Assembly: GCA_963697335.1 (NCBI GenBank)
Contig: CAVONQ010000018.1
Location: 416,001-480,000, forward strand
Length of the DNA stretch: 64,000 nucleotides
Reading direction: 5' to 3'
Origin: an uncultured cyanobacterium
Lineage (GTDB): Bacteria > Cyanobacteriota > Cyanobacteriia > PCC-6307 > Cyanobiaceae
The notes below the pieces were generated by a model. The model saw only the letters and a list, made by a program, of their open reading frames with translations. It was not told the DNA's origin and searched no databases. Numbering within the stretch: the first letter of the stretch is position 1; every line of letters begins with the position of its first letter. The translations under genes and the position numbers were made by a program. This document shows, piece after piece, positions 47,715 through 57,776 of the stretch.

Positions 47715-47727
47715 GGTTCGTTTCTCC

Positions 47728-47979
47728 TCAGGAGGGGGCTGAGGTGTTGAACACCTCGGCCACGGTCCAGCGCTTGGTGCGGCTGAGCGGGCGGGTCTCG
47801 GTGATCCGTACCCTGTCGCCAACTTTGCAGCTGTTGTCTTCGTCGTGGACTTTGTAGCGTTTGGTGCGGCTCACCGTCTTCTGATAGATGGGGTGGGGGA
47901 AGCGGTTTTCCACCGCCACCACCACCGTCTTGTCCATCTTGTCGCTGACGACGGTGCCGACCCTTTCCTTGAGTGCCAT
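47728..47979 (-). CDS. rpsQ: 30S ribosomal protein S17
   Basis: [25 protein letters not shown]. Confidence 0.99.
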   Translation of the reverse strand: MALKERVGTVVSDKMDKTVVVAVENRFPHPIYQKTVSRTKRYKVHDEDNSCKVGDRVRITETRPLSRTKRWTVAEVFNTSAPS

Positions 47980-47996
47980 GGGGATCACGGGGGGTA

Positions 47997-48221
47997 TCAG
48001 GAGGCTGAATCAGCTGGGGCAGTGGAGCCCTTGCGCTCGTTCTGCACCGTGAGCAGGTGAGCCAGCTTGATACGGGCTGCCTTGAAGCGGTGCGGATGTT
48101 CCAGGCGGCGGGTCGCCTGCTGGAAGCGCAGGTCGAACAGCTCGCGCCGGGTGGCGTTGACCTGTTCGATGAGGTCGCCGTCGCTGAGCTTGCGCACGTC
48201 GGCGATAACGGGAAGGGCCAT
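47997..48221 (-). CDS. rpmC: 50S ribosomal protein L29
   Basis: [13 protein letters not shown]; operon position. Confidence 0.97.
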   Translation of the reverse strand: MALPVIADVRKLSDGDLIEQVNATRRELFDLRFQQATRRLEHPHRFKAARIKLAHLLTVQNERKGSTAPADSAS

Positions 48222-48223
48222 GG

Positions 48224-48715
48224 TCAGGACTCCACGGAATGGGCGGGTTCGGCCACCACCGGAGCAGCTGCTGCGGGGGGCTCATCGGCCGCGGCCTGTT
48301 GGTCGGCCAGGGCGAGGAACTTGGTCTTCAGGGGCAGCTTGTACTGCGCCAGGCGCATCGCCTCCCGGGCAATCTCCGGAGTGATCTCAGCGCCGCCCAT
48401 CTCAAAGAGAATGCGGCCGGGCTTGATCACGGCCACCCAGAATTCCGGGTTGCCCTTACCGGATCCCATGCGGGTTTCCGCAGGGCGCATGGTGACGGGC
48501 TTGTCAGGGAAGATGCGGATCCAGATCTGGCCGCCTCGCTTGACGTAGCGAGTCATGGCCCGGCGACTGGCTTCAATCTGGCGGGAAGTGATCCAGCCGC
48601 ACTCCTGGGCCTGCAGGGCGAAATCCCCGAAGGCGATGGTGTTGCCGCGCGTGGCGACGCCGCGCATGCGGCCTCGCTGTTGCTTACGGAATTTGACGCG
48701 TTTTGGACTCAGCAT
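48224..48715 (-). CDS. rplP: 50S ribosomal protein L16
   Basis: [22 protein letters not shown]. Confidence 0.99.
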   Translation of the reverse strand: MLSPKRVKFRKQQRGRMRGVATRGNTIAFGDFALQAQECGWITSRQIEASRRAMTRYVKRGGQIWIRIFPDKPVTMRPAETRMGSGKGNPEFWVAVIKPGRILFEMGGAEITPEIAREAMRLAQYKLPLKTKFLALADQQAAADEPPAAAAPVVAEPAHSVES

Positions 48716-48731
48716 GGTTCAGGCCTCCTGA

Positions 48732-49460
48732 TCACTCCTGGTTCGAGCGGTCTTCGAACTGTTGCGGCTGCCGACTGGTGCGGCGGCGGGGAGCGGCGCC
48801 AACGGGCAGTTGCTCCTTCTGCCCAGGCAACACTTCGCCTTTGAAGACCCACACCTTGATGCCCAGTACCCCATAGGTGGTGCTGGCCAGCTTGGTGGCG
48901 TAGTCGATGTCGGCCCGCAGGGTGTGCAGGGGGACCCTGCCTTCCCGGGTCCACTCGGTGCGGGCGATTTCGGCGCCGTTGAGGCGGCCGCTCACCTGGA
49001 TCTTGAGGCCGAGCACCCCGGCCCGTTGGGCCCGCTGCACAGCCATTCGGATCACGCGACGGAAGGCCACGCGCTTCTCGAGCTGCTGGGCGATGTACTC
49101 GGCCAGCAGGAAGGCATCGGCGTCCACGCGCTCCACTTCCACCACGTTGATGCGTACCTTGCGGCTCGCATCACCCACGGTTTTCTGGATGCCTGTGCGC
49201 AGATCCTCAATGCCGCTCCCCTGGCGGCCCACCAGCACGCCGGGTCGGGCCGTTTTCAGTTCCACTTCCAGCTGGTCGGCCTTGCGGGCGATCAGCACAT
49301 CGGAGATGCCGGCGGAGCCGTACTTCTTGTGGATGAACTTGCGGATCCGGTCGTCCTCCTGGAGGAGGGTCGGGTAGGTCTTGCTTGGGGCGTACCAGCG
49401 GGAGCGGTGATCCTGGGTGATCCCCAGGCGCAGGCCGGTTGGATGGATTTTGTGTCCCAT
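48732..49460 (-). CDS. rpsC: 30S ribosomal protein S3
   Basis: [26 protein letters not shown]. Confidence 0.99.
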   Translation of the reverse strand: MGHKIHPTGLRLGITQDHRSRWYAPSKTYPTLLQEDDRIRKFIHKKYGSAGISDVLIARKADQLEVELKTARPGVLVGRQGSGIEDLRTGIQKTVGDASRKVRINVVEVERVDADAFLLAEYIAQQLEKRVAFRRVIRMAVQRAQRAGVLGLKIQVSGRLNGAEIARTEWTREGRVPLHTLRADIDYATKLASTTYGVLGIKVWVFKGEVLPGQKEQLPVGAAPRRRTSRQPQQFEDRSNQE

Positions 49461-49481
49461 CGGGTCGGTGTCCTCGGGGGG

Positions 49482-49850
49482 TCAGGCGGAAGGGGCCACA
49501 GCGATGCTGATGTGGCAGGTCTGTTTCTTGATCGCATAGGCGCGACCCTGGGCGCGGGGGCGAAACCGCTTCAGGGAGGGCCCCATGTCAGCGGTGGCCC
49601 CGATGACCACGAGCGTGGCCGGATCGAGGCCGAGGTTGTGCTCGGCATTGGCCACGGCGCTGCGGAGCACCTTGGTGATCGGGCCGGTGGAGCGAAAGGG
49701 CATGAACTCGAGCATGATCAGGGCCTCGCGGTAGCTCTGGCCACGGATCTGATCGAGCACCCGTCGCACCTTGCTCACGGAGCCACGGATGTAGCGGCCG
49801 TGGGCGAGGGCCTGGTTGGGCACTGCCTGGTTGGGAGCGGTGTTAGCCAT
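49482..49850 (-). CDS. rplV: 50S ribosomal protein L22
   Basis: [21 protein letters not shown]. Confidence 0.99.
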   Translation of the reverse strand: MANTAPNQAVPNQALAHGRYIRGSVSKVRRVLDQIRGQSYREALIMLEFMPFRSTGPITKVLRSAVANAEHNLGLDPATLVVIGATADMGPSLKRFRPRAQGRAYAIKKQTCHISIAVAPSA

Positions 49851-49853
49851 GGT

Positions 49854-50129
49854 TCAACGGCCTCCTTTTTTATCCTTGATGTGGCCGCGGAAGGTGCGGG
49901 TGGGGGCGAATTCCCCCAGTTTGTGCCCCACCATCTGCTCGGTCACGTAAACCGGTACATGGGATTTGCCGTTGTGGACGGCAATCGTGTGTCCGATCAT
50001 CATCGGCAGAATTGTGGAGGCGCGTGACCAGGTTTTGATCACGGTCTTGTCGTTGGCCGAGTTCTGCTTCTCAACCTTGCTGAGCAGGCTGTCGGCAACA
50101 AACGGACCTTTTTTGAGTGAACGTCCCAT
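49854..50129 (-). CDS. rpsS: 30S ribosomal protein S19
   Basis: [21 protein letters not shown]. Confidence 0.99.
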   Translation of the reverse strand: MGRSLKKGPFVADSLLSKVEKQNSANDKTVIKTWSRASTILPMMIGHTIAVHNGKSHVPVYVTEQMVGHKLGEFAPTRTFRGHIKDKKGGR

Positions 50130-50164
50130 AGCGGTTCAGGAGGCGGACATAGCGGTGAGGGTCA

Positions 50165-51028
50165 TCAGGAATCGCGTCCGCCACGGCTCCGCTTGGAGGT
50201 GCGGCGACGTTTCCGCAGCACAAACCGGTTGCTGGGCTTGTTCCGTTTGCGGGTCTTGTAGCCAAGGGCCGGTTTGCCCCAGGGGGTGACAGGGCCTGAG
50301 CGACCGATCGGCGCCCTGCCTTCGCCACCGCCGTGGGGGTGGTCACAGGGGTTCATGACGGAACCCCGCACCTCGGGGCGGCGACCCAGCCAGCGCTTGC
50401 GGCCGGCCTTGCCCAGGCTGGTGTTGCGCACCTCGGAGTTGCCCACTTCACCGAGGGTGGCGTAGCACTCACGACGCACCAGGCGCACCTCGGTGGAGGG
50501 CAGCTTGAGGGCGACGTAGTCACCTTCCTTGGCCATCACTTGCGCGCTGGCGCCGGCGGTCCGCACCATCTGACCACCGCGACCGGCGTAGAGCTCCACG
50601 TTGTGGACGCTGGAGCCGAGGGGGATGGCCGAGAGCGGCAGGGCATTGCCGGTTTCGATCGGGGCATCGGGGCCCGACACCAGCTGCTGACCAATTTCGA
50701 TCCCGGCCGGGGCCAGGATGTAGCGCTTCTCGCCATCGGCGTAGAAGAGCAGGGCCAGTCGGGCGTTGCGGTGCGGGTCGTAGTGGATGGCCGCCACCTT
50801 GGCGGTCACACCGTGCTTGTCACGGCGGAAGTCCACCAGCCGGTAGAGGCGCTTGTGGCCACCGCCGCGGTGGCGGCAGGTGATCACACCGCGGTTGTTG
50901 CGGCCCTTGCGGCGGTGTTTGGCCACCACCAGGCCCCGCTCCCGTCCGCGGCCGGTGACTTCGGTGAAGACACTGGCCACGCGGGTGCGGGTGCCGGGGG
51001 TGATGGGGCGGTAATTACGGATTGCCAT
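50165..51028 (-). CDS. rplB: 50S ribosomal protein L2
   Basis: [22 protein letters not shown]. Confidence 0.99.
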   Translation of the reverse strand: MAIRNYRPITPGTRTRVASVFTEVTGRGRERGLVVAKHRRKGRNNRGVITCRHRGGGHKRLYRLVDFRRDKHGVTAKVAAIHYDPHRNARLALLFYADGEKRYILAPAGIEIGQQLVSGPDAPIETGNALPLSAIPLGSSVHNVELYAGRGGQMVRTAGASAQVMAKEGDYVALKLPSTEVRLVRRECYATLGEVGNSEVRNTSLGKAGRKRWLGRRPEVRGSVMNPCDHPHGGGEGRAPIGRSGPVTPWGKPALGYKTRKRNKPSNRFVLRKRRRTSKRSRGGRDS

Positions 51029-51043
51029 GTGGTTTCAGACCCC

Positions 51044-51346
51044 TCAGGACTCAGGGAACAGCTGGATGGCGTTGCCCTCGGCCAGGCGCACCACCGCTTT
51101 CTTGACCTGGGCACGCTTGCCAGCGAAGCGGCCGACGCGGCGGGAACGGCGTGGCGGATTCATGGTGCTGACGCCCAACACCTTCACATCGAACAGGGCT
51201 TCCACCGCTGCTTTGATGTCGGGCTTGGCGGCCCGATGGTCCACCTCGAAGGTGTACTGATTGAACTCGAGGGCGCGGGTGGCCTTCTCGGTGATCAGGG
51301 GCCGGCGGATCACATCCGCGAGCCGACCTGCAAAACGTTCAGTCAT
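51044..51346 (-). CDS. rplW: 50S ribosomal protein L23
   Basis: [16 protein letters not shown]. Confidence 0.99.
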   Translation of the reverse strand: MTERFAGRLADVIRRPLITEKATRALEFNQYTFEVDHRAAKPDIKAAVEALFDVKVLGVSTMNPPRRSRRVGRFAGKRAQVKKAVVRLAEGNAIQLFPES

Positions 51347-51974
51347 CGCCGTAGACCTCCTGAATCTTCGCGAGTGCTTCCTCGCTCAGCACCAGCGTGC
51401 TGGCGTGGAGCAGGTCGAACACGTTGAGCTGATCAGCGGCGATCAGCTTCACCGTCTTGAGGTTGCGTACGGACTTGCGTACGGCTTCAGACGGGTTGTC
51501 GAGGATCACCAGCACTTTGGTGTCCGCCTCGATGCCGAGCCGCCCCAGCGCCGCGGTGATCTCCTTGGTGCGGGGGGTGTCGAGGTCGGCGCCGAAGCCC
51601 TTCACCACGGTGATGTCGGCCACGCGGCTCATCAGGGCGGTGCGCAGGGCCAGGCGCCGCTCCTTGCGGTTCATCGCCAGGGTGTAGCTGCGGGGCTTGG
51701 GTCCGAAGATCACGCCGCCGCCAGGCCGCAGGGGGGTGCGGATCGAGCCCTGACGGGCCCGGCCCGTGCCCTTCTGCTTGTAGGGCTTGCGGCCACCACC
51801 GGCCACCTCGGCGCGGGTCAGGGTGCTGGCCGTTCCCTGACGGGCGTGGGCCAGTTGCCGAACCACGGCGCGGTGCACCAGGTCGGTGGCGGAACTCTTC
51901 TTGGCGACCTTGAGGTCGAGGGCAGCCTTGCCGGCTTCCTTGCCCTGCCAGTCGCGAATCACACAATCAGCCAT
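51339..51974 (-). CDS. rplD: 50S ribosomal protein L4
   Basis: [25 protein letters not shown]. Confidence 0.99.
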   Translation of the reverse strand: MADCVIRDWQGKEAGKAALDLKVAKKSSATDLVHRAVVRQLAHARQGTASTLTRAEVAGGGRKPYKQKGTGRARQGSIRTPLRPGGGVIFGPKPRSYTLAMNRKERRLALRTALMSRVADITVVKGFGADLDTPRTKEITAALGRLGIEADTKVLVILDNPSEAVRKSVRNLKTVKLIAADQLNVFDLLHASTLVLSEEALAKIQEVYGDD

Positions 51975-51988
51975 GTTCTCGGTTCTCC

Positions 51989-52636
51989 TCAGTTCCCGAC
52001 CTTGGCGCCCACCCGGTTGGCCGGGCAGATGTTGAGCAGGGCTCCGGGCTTGCCGGGCACGGACCCCTTCACCACCAGCAGGTTGCGCTCGGTGTCCACC
52101 TTCAGGATCACGAGGCCGCGGGTGGTGATCTGCTTGCCGCCATAGCGGCCAGCCATGCGCTTGCCCGGGTACACCCGGCCAGGCGTGGTGCCGGCGCCGG
52201 TGGAGCCCGGCTCGCGGTGATTCTTGGAGCCGTGGGTCATCGGGCCGCGGCTGAAGCCATGACGCTTCTGGTAACCGGAGAAGCCCCGGCCCATGGTGTC
52301 GCCACTGACGTCGACCTTCTGGCCCGCCTCAAAGGCGGAGACAGAGACGACGGCGCCGAGCTCCAGCCCATCCAGACTGTCGACCCGGTATTCCTTGAGA
52401 TGGCGGAGCACCTCCTCGCCGGATTTGGCAAGGTGGCCCTTGGCTGGTTTGTTGACCAGCTTCTCGCGGATGTCGCCGAAGCCGAGCTGCACGGCGGTGT
52501 AGCCGTCCGTGCTGCTGGATTTGAGTTGGGTGATGCGGCAGGGGCCAGCCTCGATCACGGTGACCGGGATGGACTTGCCTGCCTCGTCGAAGAACTGGGA
52601 CATGCCCAGTTTCTTCCCAAGAATGCCGATGGACAT
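51989..52636 (-). CDS. rplC: 50S ribosomal protein L3
   Basis: [25 protein letters not shown] at 52636. Confidence 0.99.
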   Translation of the reverse strand: MSIGILGKKLGMSQFFDEAGKSIPVTVIEAGPCRITQLKSSSTDGYTAVQLGFGDIREKLVNKPAKGHLAKSGEEVLRHLKEYRVDSLDGLELGAVVSVSAFEAGQKVDVSGDTMGRGFSGYQKRHGFSRGPMTHGSKNHREPGSTGAGTTPGRVYPGKRMAGRYGGKQITTRGLVILKVDTERNLLVVKGSVPGKPGALLNICPANRVGAKVGN

Positions 52637-53103
52637 AGGTAGGGAGTCAACGCCAGCTGGACCACCGGACGAACCCGGTGAAGCTGAAGCAGAGGAAGCG
52701 GTGGTCTGGCTGGGCCTTGAAAATTCTGGCCAGGAATCGACATCGAACCGACTGCCTTGAGCAGACGGCTGACTGTCGTGGATCACCCGCAGGCGAGCAG
52801 CGACAGGAGATGGGAGTCCCGGATCACGAAGCTCAGGGCGCTAGCGAGACAGAGCGGACTCTGTTCAGCGCGGCTGGGACTGGCCTGGACCGGACTGGCC
52901 ACACTCCGGAGAGGGGCTGGTGCGTTCAGGAAGTTTCCCGGCGGTTGGTCGGCGAGGGCGCTGCAGGCCGGAACCTGACATCACCATCTGGCCAATCCGC
53001 GCAGGCCGGATGGATCACCACCACTGGTGATCTGGTGCAGGGATTCGGAGGCCCGGCTAGCGGACGGGCACGAACTCGAAGCACAGCGATCAAATGTAAC
53101 CCA
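52637..53103 (-). promoter_or_regulatory. Promoter and long structured leader of the rplC superoperon
   Basis: Minus-strand GGGTTACATT (-10-like TACATT) near 53093-53102; hairpins at 53013-53032, 52849-52864 and 52652-52710. Confidence 0.5.
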
Positions 53104-53284
53104 TGAGATGACCCGCCTCGTATCACGGCCTTGCAGCTGGTTGGATCCTGGCGATGTGTCTGCGGCTGCCCGGCGGTGTTCCAGAGGTGCTGCGGCTGCG
53201 GTTCCGGGCCTGTTGGGCGGTGGCGTCTGGACCGGAACGGGGCCGGGGCTGTCAAACTTGCAGGGAGCCTGAGCCGATCTCACC

Positions 53285-53749
53285 ATGCCACTGCTGCTCT
53301 CCGGTCGCGGGTTCCGGCAGGACCTCGAAAAAGCAGGGGTCCTTGCCCTGTTCGCTCCCTTGGAAGGAGGCGCTGAGACCCGGCTGATGCGTCGACTGAG
53401 GGCTGCGGGCTATCGGGCCCAGATCACCTCGGCCCGGGGGCTCGGTGATCCGGAGGCCTTTCTGATGCAGCTGCACGGCGTGCGCCCACCCCACCTCGGC
53501 CACCAGTGCGTGGGGCGCACGGCTGCGGTGGGCGAGGTGCAGCGGGTGATGCCCCAGCTGGGCAGCCTCCTGGAGGGCAACGGCCCCATCCTGCTATGGC
53601 TGCTGGAGGGCAAGGTGCTCTCCACGGCAGAGCTGAGCTCCCTGATCGACCTCACCCGGCGGGAGCCGCGGCTGCGCATCGTGGTGGAGATGGGCGGCGC
53701 CCGGGAGCTGCGTTGGCAGCCCCTGGAGCAGCTGTTGGTAGCGGCCTGA
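53285..53749 (+). CDS. ndhN: NDH-1 subunit N
   Basis: [41 protein letters not shown]. Confidence 0.95.
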   Translation: MPLLLSGRGFRQDLEKAGVLALFAPLEGGAETRLMRRLRAAGYRAQITSARGLGDPEAFLMQLHGVRPPHLGHQCVGRTAAVGEVQRVMPQLGSLLEGNGPILLWLLEGKVLSTAELSSLIDLTRREPRLRIVVEMGGARELRWQPLEQLLVAA

Positions 53750-54819
53750 ACTCCGCTGGGCCCCTGGCGCTGACGCCGGAGGCGGCCCTCCGGCAGGGCT
53801 GCTGGGTCAAGTGGATCGGCGGCGCCAGCAACCACGATCTGGCCGCCATTGAGGACCTGGCCGGGCTCTACGCCCTGGCTGGAGTGCACTGCGTGGACGT
53901 GGCCGCGGACCCGGCCGTCGTGGCGGCGGCCCGGCGGGGACTCGACTGGGCCGACCGCCAGGGCGCCCGGCGCCCCTGGCTGATGCTGAGCCTCAGTGAC
54001 GGCGCCGACCCCCACTTCCGCAAGGCCTGGTTCGATCCCAGCGCCTGCCCGGCTGACTGCCCCCGCCCTTGCGAGCGGATCTGCCCGGCCCTGGCCATCG
54101 GCGAGGCGGCGACCGGTGCCGCCGGGGTGCTGGACGCCCGCTGCTACGGCTGCGGCCGCTGCCTGCCGGCCTGCCCCCATGGTCTGATCGAAGAGCGCAG
54201 CAGGGTGCTGGAGGCCACTGCGGTGGCGCCCCTGCTGCGGCAACTGGCGCCTGATGCCGTGGAACTCCACACCCAGCCGGGGCGTCTGCAGGGCTTCCAG
54301 GAGAGGCTGGAGCAGCTGAGGGCCTGTGGCGTGCCGCTGCGGCGGCTGGCGGTGAGTGCAGCTGGCGACCTCACCTCCCAGGAGCTGTGGCAGCGCTACG
54401 GGGCCCTGCGCTCCTGCGGCTTTGCGCCCCTCTGGCAACTCGATGGCCGGCCGATGAGCGGTGATCTGGGCCTGGGCACGGCCCATGCCGCTGTGGCCTT
54501 GCTGCGGCGCTGGCAGGGCCAGCTGCCCCCCGGCCCCCTGCAGCTGGCCGGCGGCACCAACGGTGCCACCCTGCCCCTGCTGGAGCGGCAGCCGGCCCTG
54601 GCCCGCACCTGTGCCGGCGTGGCCTTCGGCGGCGTGGCCAGGCGGCTGCTCCAGCCGCTGCTGCAGGAGGCCCAGCGGCGGGGTCGTTCGTTGCTGGCCC
54701 TGCCGGAACTCCTGCCCGAAGCGCTTCAGCTGGCCCGCTCACTGGTGCTGCCCTGGCTAGAACGAGCGGATCCAGAGCCCTGCCCTGAGCCATTGCGGTG
54801 CCTTTCTCCGAGCCCCTGA
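53713..54819 (+). CDS. ldpA: Light-dependent period protein LdpA (2x[4Fe-4S])
   Basis: [58 protein letters not shown]; start uncertain (TTG 53713 or CTG 53746). Confidence 0.9.
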   Translation: MAAPGAAVGSGLNSAGPLALTPEAALRQGCWVKWIGGASNHDLAAIEDLAGLYALAGVHCVDVAADPAVVAAARRGLDWADRQGARRPWLMLSLSDGADPHFRKAWFDPSACPADCPRPCERICPALAIGEAATGAAGVLDARCYGCGRCLPACPHGLIEERSRVLEATAVAPLLRQLAPDAVELHTQPGRLQGFQERLEQLRACGVPLRRLAVSAAGDLTSQELWQRYGALRSCGFAPLWQLDGRPMSGDLGLGTAHAAVALLRRWQGQLPPGPLQLAGGTNGATLPLLERQPALARTCAGVAFGGVARRLLQPLLQEAQRRGRSLLALPELLPEALQLARSLVLPWLERADPEPCPEPLRCLSPSP

Positions 54820-56486
54820 CGCCTGCCGCCGGTGGTGGGCCGCCGCCGCCGTCCCCCCCGCTCAGCCAGCGGGTCACCGATGACCTCGACCGGATGCTGG
54901 CCGTGCTGCCGGGCCCGGTGCAGCGGGCCCTGGCCAGCGAGGAGCGGCGCCAGCAGCTGCTCGAGGTGGTGCTCGACCTGGGTCGCGTGCCGGAAGCCCG
55001 CTACCCGGGGCGGGCCATGGCGCTCGGAGCGCAGCCGGTGCGGAGCGCCGACCTGGAGGCGGTGGTGCGTCAGTTGGGAGCCTTCGGCAGCGACAACCGG
55101 GCCGGCATCGCCTCCACGCTGCACCGCATCAGTGCCATCCGCAACCGCACCGGCACCATCGTGGGCCTCACCTGCCGGGTGGGTCGCGCCGTGTTCGGCA
55201 CGGTGGTGATGGTGCGCGATCTGCTCGATTCAGGCCAGTCGCTGCTGCTGATGGGGCGCCCAGGGGTCGGCAAGACCACCGCCCTGCGGGAGATCGCCCG
55301 GGTGCTGGCGGATGACCTCTGCAAGCGGGTCGTGGTGATCGACACCAGCAACGAGATCGCCGGCGACGGCGACATCCCCCATCCGGCCATCGGCCGGGCC
55401 CGGCGCATGCAGGTGGCCCGCCCCGAGCTGCAACACGAAGTGATGATCGAGGCGGTGGAAAACCACATGCCCGAAGTGATCGTGATCGATGAGATCGGCA
55501 CGGAGCGGGAGGCCCAGGCTGCACGCACCATCGCCGAGCGGGGCGTGATGCTGGTGGCCACGGCCCATGGCAATGAGCTCTCCAACCTGATCAAGAACCC
55601 CACCCTCAGCGACCTGGTGGGCGGGATCCAGTCGGTGACCCTCGGAGACGAGGAGGCGCGGCGGCGCCGCACCCAGAAGACGGTGCTGGAACGGGCCGCT
55701 GAGCCCACCTTCCCCCTGGCGGTGGAGATGCACAGCCGCCACCGCTGGCTGATCCACAGCGAGGTGGCCAGCACGGTGGACCTGCTGCTGCGGGGCCAGG
55801 TGGCCCGGCCCCAGGTGCGGGAACTGGGCCCCGATGGGCGGCTCCAGCTCCGGGATCCGCCGCTGGCGACGCGCAGCCCGATCGCCCCGGCGGCGCCCCG
55901 TCTGAGCCAGCGCCCCCTGCCGCCCCTGGACCCCCTGCCAGCCCCCGTCGGCCCCGAGCAGCAGCCCCTGGAGGCCGAGGTGGGCCCGGCCGGCCAGGCC
56001 CCGCTGCGGGTCTACGGCGCCGGGGTCAGCCGCAGCCTGATTGAGCAGGTGGTGCGGGCCCGACAGTTGCCCGTGGAGGTGGTGGGCAGCGTGGAGCTGG
56101 CCGATGTGGTGCTCAGCGCCCGCCAGCAGCTCGGCCGTGATCCCCACGTGCGTCGGCAGGCCCAGGACCTGGGACTCCCGATCCTGGTGATCAAGAGCGC
56201 CGCCCTGCCCCAGCTGCAGCGCGCCCTGGAGCGGCTGCTGGCCCGCCGCCGCCCAGCCGAGGAGCCGGCCCTGGACACCGCCGCCGCCGACGATGCCCAC
56301 GCGGCCCTGGAAGAGTGCCGGCTGGCCCTGGAACAGGTGGTGCTGGCCAGGGGCCAGCCAGTGGAGCTGCTGCCGCGCAGTGGGCGCGTGCGCCAGCTGC
56401 AGAGCGAGTTGGCAGGCCGCTACCGGGTGCGCTCAGCGGTGTTCGGCCACGCTGGCGACCAGCGGCTGCGGCTGTTCCCGGCCTGA
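54798..56486 (+). CDS. Ycf45/SpoIIIAA-like AAA ATPase with C-terminal R3H-like domain
   Basis: LDLGR, TLHRIS, GLTCRVGR, Walker A GRPGVGKT, DTSNEI, Walker B VIVIDEIG, ATAHG. Confidence 0.88.
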   Translation: MPFSEPLTPAAGGGPPPPSPPLSQRVTDDLDRMLAVLPGPVQRALASEERRQQLLEVVLDLGRVPEARYPGRAMALGAQPVRSADLEAVVRQLGAFGSDNRAGIASTLHRISAIRNRTGTIVGLTCRVGRAVFGTVVMVRDLLDSGQSLLLMGRPGVGKTTALREIARVLADDLCKRVVVIDTSNEIAGDGDIPHPAIGRARRMQVARPELQHEVMIEAVENHMPEVIVIDEIGTEREAQAARTIAERGVMLVATAHGNELSNLIKNPTLSDLVGGIQSVTLGDEEARRRRTQKTVLERAAEPTFPLAVEMHSRHRWLIHSEVASTVDLLLRGQVARPQVRELGPDGRLQLRDPPLATRSPIAPAAPRLSQRPLPPLDPLPAPVGPEQQPLEAEVGPAGQAPLRVYGAGVSRSLIEQVVRARQLPVEVVGSVELADVVLSARQQLGRDPHVRRQAQDLGLPILVIKSAALPQLQRALERLLARRRPAEEPALDTAAADDAHAALEECRLALEQVVLARGQPVELLPRSGRVRQLQSELAGRYRVRSAVFGHAGDQRLRLFPA

Positions 56487-56513
56487 TGCCCCGGAACGTT
56501 CGGTGCCCAGGCG

Positions 56514-56543
56514 TTGACGAAGGACCGGGCGTTGTGGGTAACT
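56514..56543 (+). promoter_or_regulatory. Sigma70-type promoter for tRNA-Gln
   Basis: TTGACG at 56514-56519, 18-bp spacer, TG-n-GTAACT at 56535-56543. Confidence 0.5.
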
Positions 56544-56698
56544 AGCTAGGCCCTGGTGAATCTGGGGCACCGGTCGCCTGGAGTTCTCTCCTGGATGGCC
56601 TTGCTCTCCTGGGTGCTTGCTTGCAGAACGTCCTGTCCCTGGGGAGTCTCCCTCGGCGGCCGGCCCATTCAGCAACAAGCCAGTCCAGCAACCGGTAT

Positions 56699-56770
56699 TG
56701 GGCCGTCGCCAAGTGGTAAGGCAGCGGGTTTTGGTCCCGCCATTCCTAGGTTCGAATCCTAGCGGCCCAG
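56699..56770 (+). tRNA. tRNA-Gln(TTG)
   Basis: TGGGCCG/CGGCCCA acceptor stem; GCGGG-TT-TTG-GT-CCCGC anticodon arm; GGTTCGAATCC. Confidence 0.97.
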
Positions 56771-56789
56771 TTTCAACTTCCCCCCCAGC

Positions 56790-56857
56790 CAAGGCCTCCC
56801 ACCGAGCAAGGCCTCCAACCGAGCGAGGCTTCCCCCCGCGCAAGGCCTTCAACCAGC
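56790..56857 (+). repeat. Tandem array of four imperfect 17-bp units
   Basis: CAAGGCCTCCCACCGAG / CAAGGCCTCCAACCGAG / CGAGGCTTCCCCCCGCG / CAAGGCCTTCAACCAGC. Confidence 0.85.
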
Positions 56858-56910
56858 CTGCCGGCACGCCTGAATCCAGGTCTCGGCAAGCCCTGCTTGA
56901 GTAAGCCCCC

Positions 56911-57660
56911 ATGGTCGGCTCTCCCCTGCTGGTGTTCGACTTCGACGGCGTCCTTGTCGATGGGATGGCCGAGTACTGGTGGGCGGCCAGCAGCGCTGCC
57001 GAGCGCCTGCTGCCCGGCCTGGCCTGGCCGCCGCATCCCGCCGCGGCCTTCGCGCGGCTGCGCCCCCTGATTCACAAGGGCTGGGAGATGGTGCTGATGG
57101 CCGCCGAGCTGTCGCGCCCGGACCTCGACCTCCAGGGGCTCGTGGCTGGCTACAGGGAGGCTGTGCCCCAGGCCCTGGCCCGTTGGGGCTGGAGCGAAGC
57201 CCAGCTTCAGGGAGTGCTGGAGCAGGTGCGGACTGAGGCGATCGCCGCCGACCCCGCAGCCTGGCTGGCCCTGCATCGGTTTTACCCCAACGTGGTGGAG
57301 CGTCTGCGGCAGCTGGAAGGGGAGGGCAGTTCCTGGGCCGTGCTCACCACAAAGGGAGCCGCCTTCGCCGGCGAGATCCTGCGCGGCGCGGGGCTGGAGC
57401 CCCGGGCGCTCTACGGCCATGACCAGGGCAGCAAGCCCGAGGTGCTGCGCCGCTTGCAGATTGACCACCCCCAGCTCTGGTTCATCGAAGACCGCCGCCC
57501 CACCCTGGAGCTGGTGGCCGCTGACCCGGAGCTGGTGGCGGTGCGCTGTTTTCTGGTCAGCTGGGGCTACCTGGGGCCCCGCGATGGCCTGGAGCTGCCG
57601 GCCCGGCTCCACTGGCTCACACCGGAGCGGTTCGCGGCCCCCCTGGCAACCTGGCCCTGA
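56911..57660 (+). CDS. HAD-superfamily hydrolase
   Basis: VFDFDGVLVD, LTTK, KPEVL, FIEDR, WGY. Confidence 0.9.
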   Translation: MVGSPLLVFDFDGVLVDGMAEYWWAASSAAERLLPGLAWPPHPAAAFARLRPLIHKGWEMVLMAAELSRPDLDLQGLVAGYREAVPQALARWGWSEAQLQGVLEQVRTEAIAADPAAWLALHRFYPNVVERLRQLEGEGSSWAVLTTKGAAFAGEILRGAGLEPRALYGHDQGSKPEVLRRLQIDHPQLWFIEDRRPTLELVAADPELVAVRCFLVSWGYLGPRDGLELPARLHWLTPERFAAPLATWP

Positions 57661-57668
57661 GCCGTTAG

Positions 57669-57682
57669 AGTACGTTCGTACT
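57669..57682 (+). promoter_or_regulatory. Cyanobacterial LexA (SOS) box upstream of recA
   Basis: Palindrome AGTAC-GTTC-GTACT, abutting a TAGGCT -10-like element at 57682-57687. Confidence 0.88.
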
Positions 57683-57776
57683 AGGCTCGATTGAGACGCC
57701 GGCCTTCGCGGGTGGTACTGACAATCCAGTGGCCGCAGGATGGATCTGTGGCCCGTTCCATCGTTGATCCGATTCC

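Noticed and set aside
52678..53387. Small ORFs in the rplC-ndhN spacer
   Set aside because: Several overlap on both strands with no motif, RBS or coding bias; better explained as divergent promoters and leader.
56790..56857. CRISPR array
   Set aside because: The units are contiguous with no spacers and only 17 bp long, and there are no cas genes.
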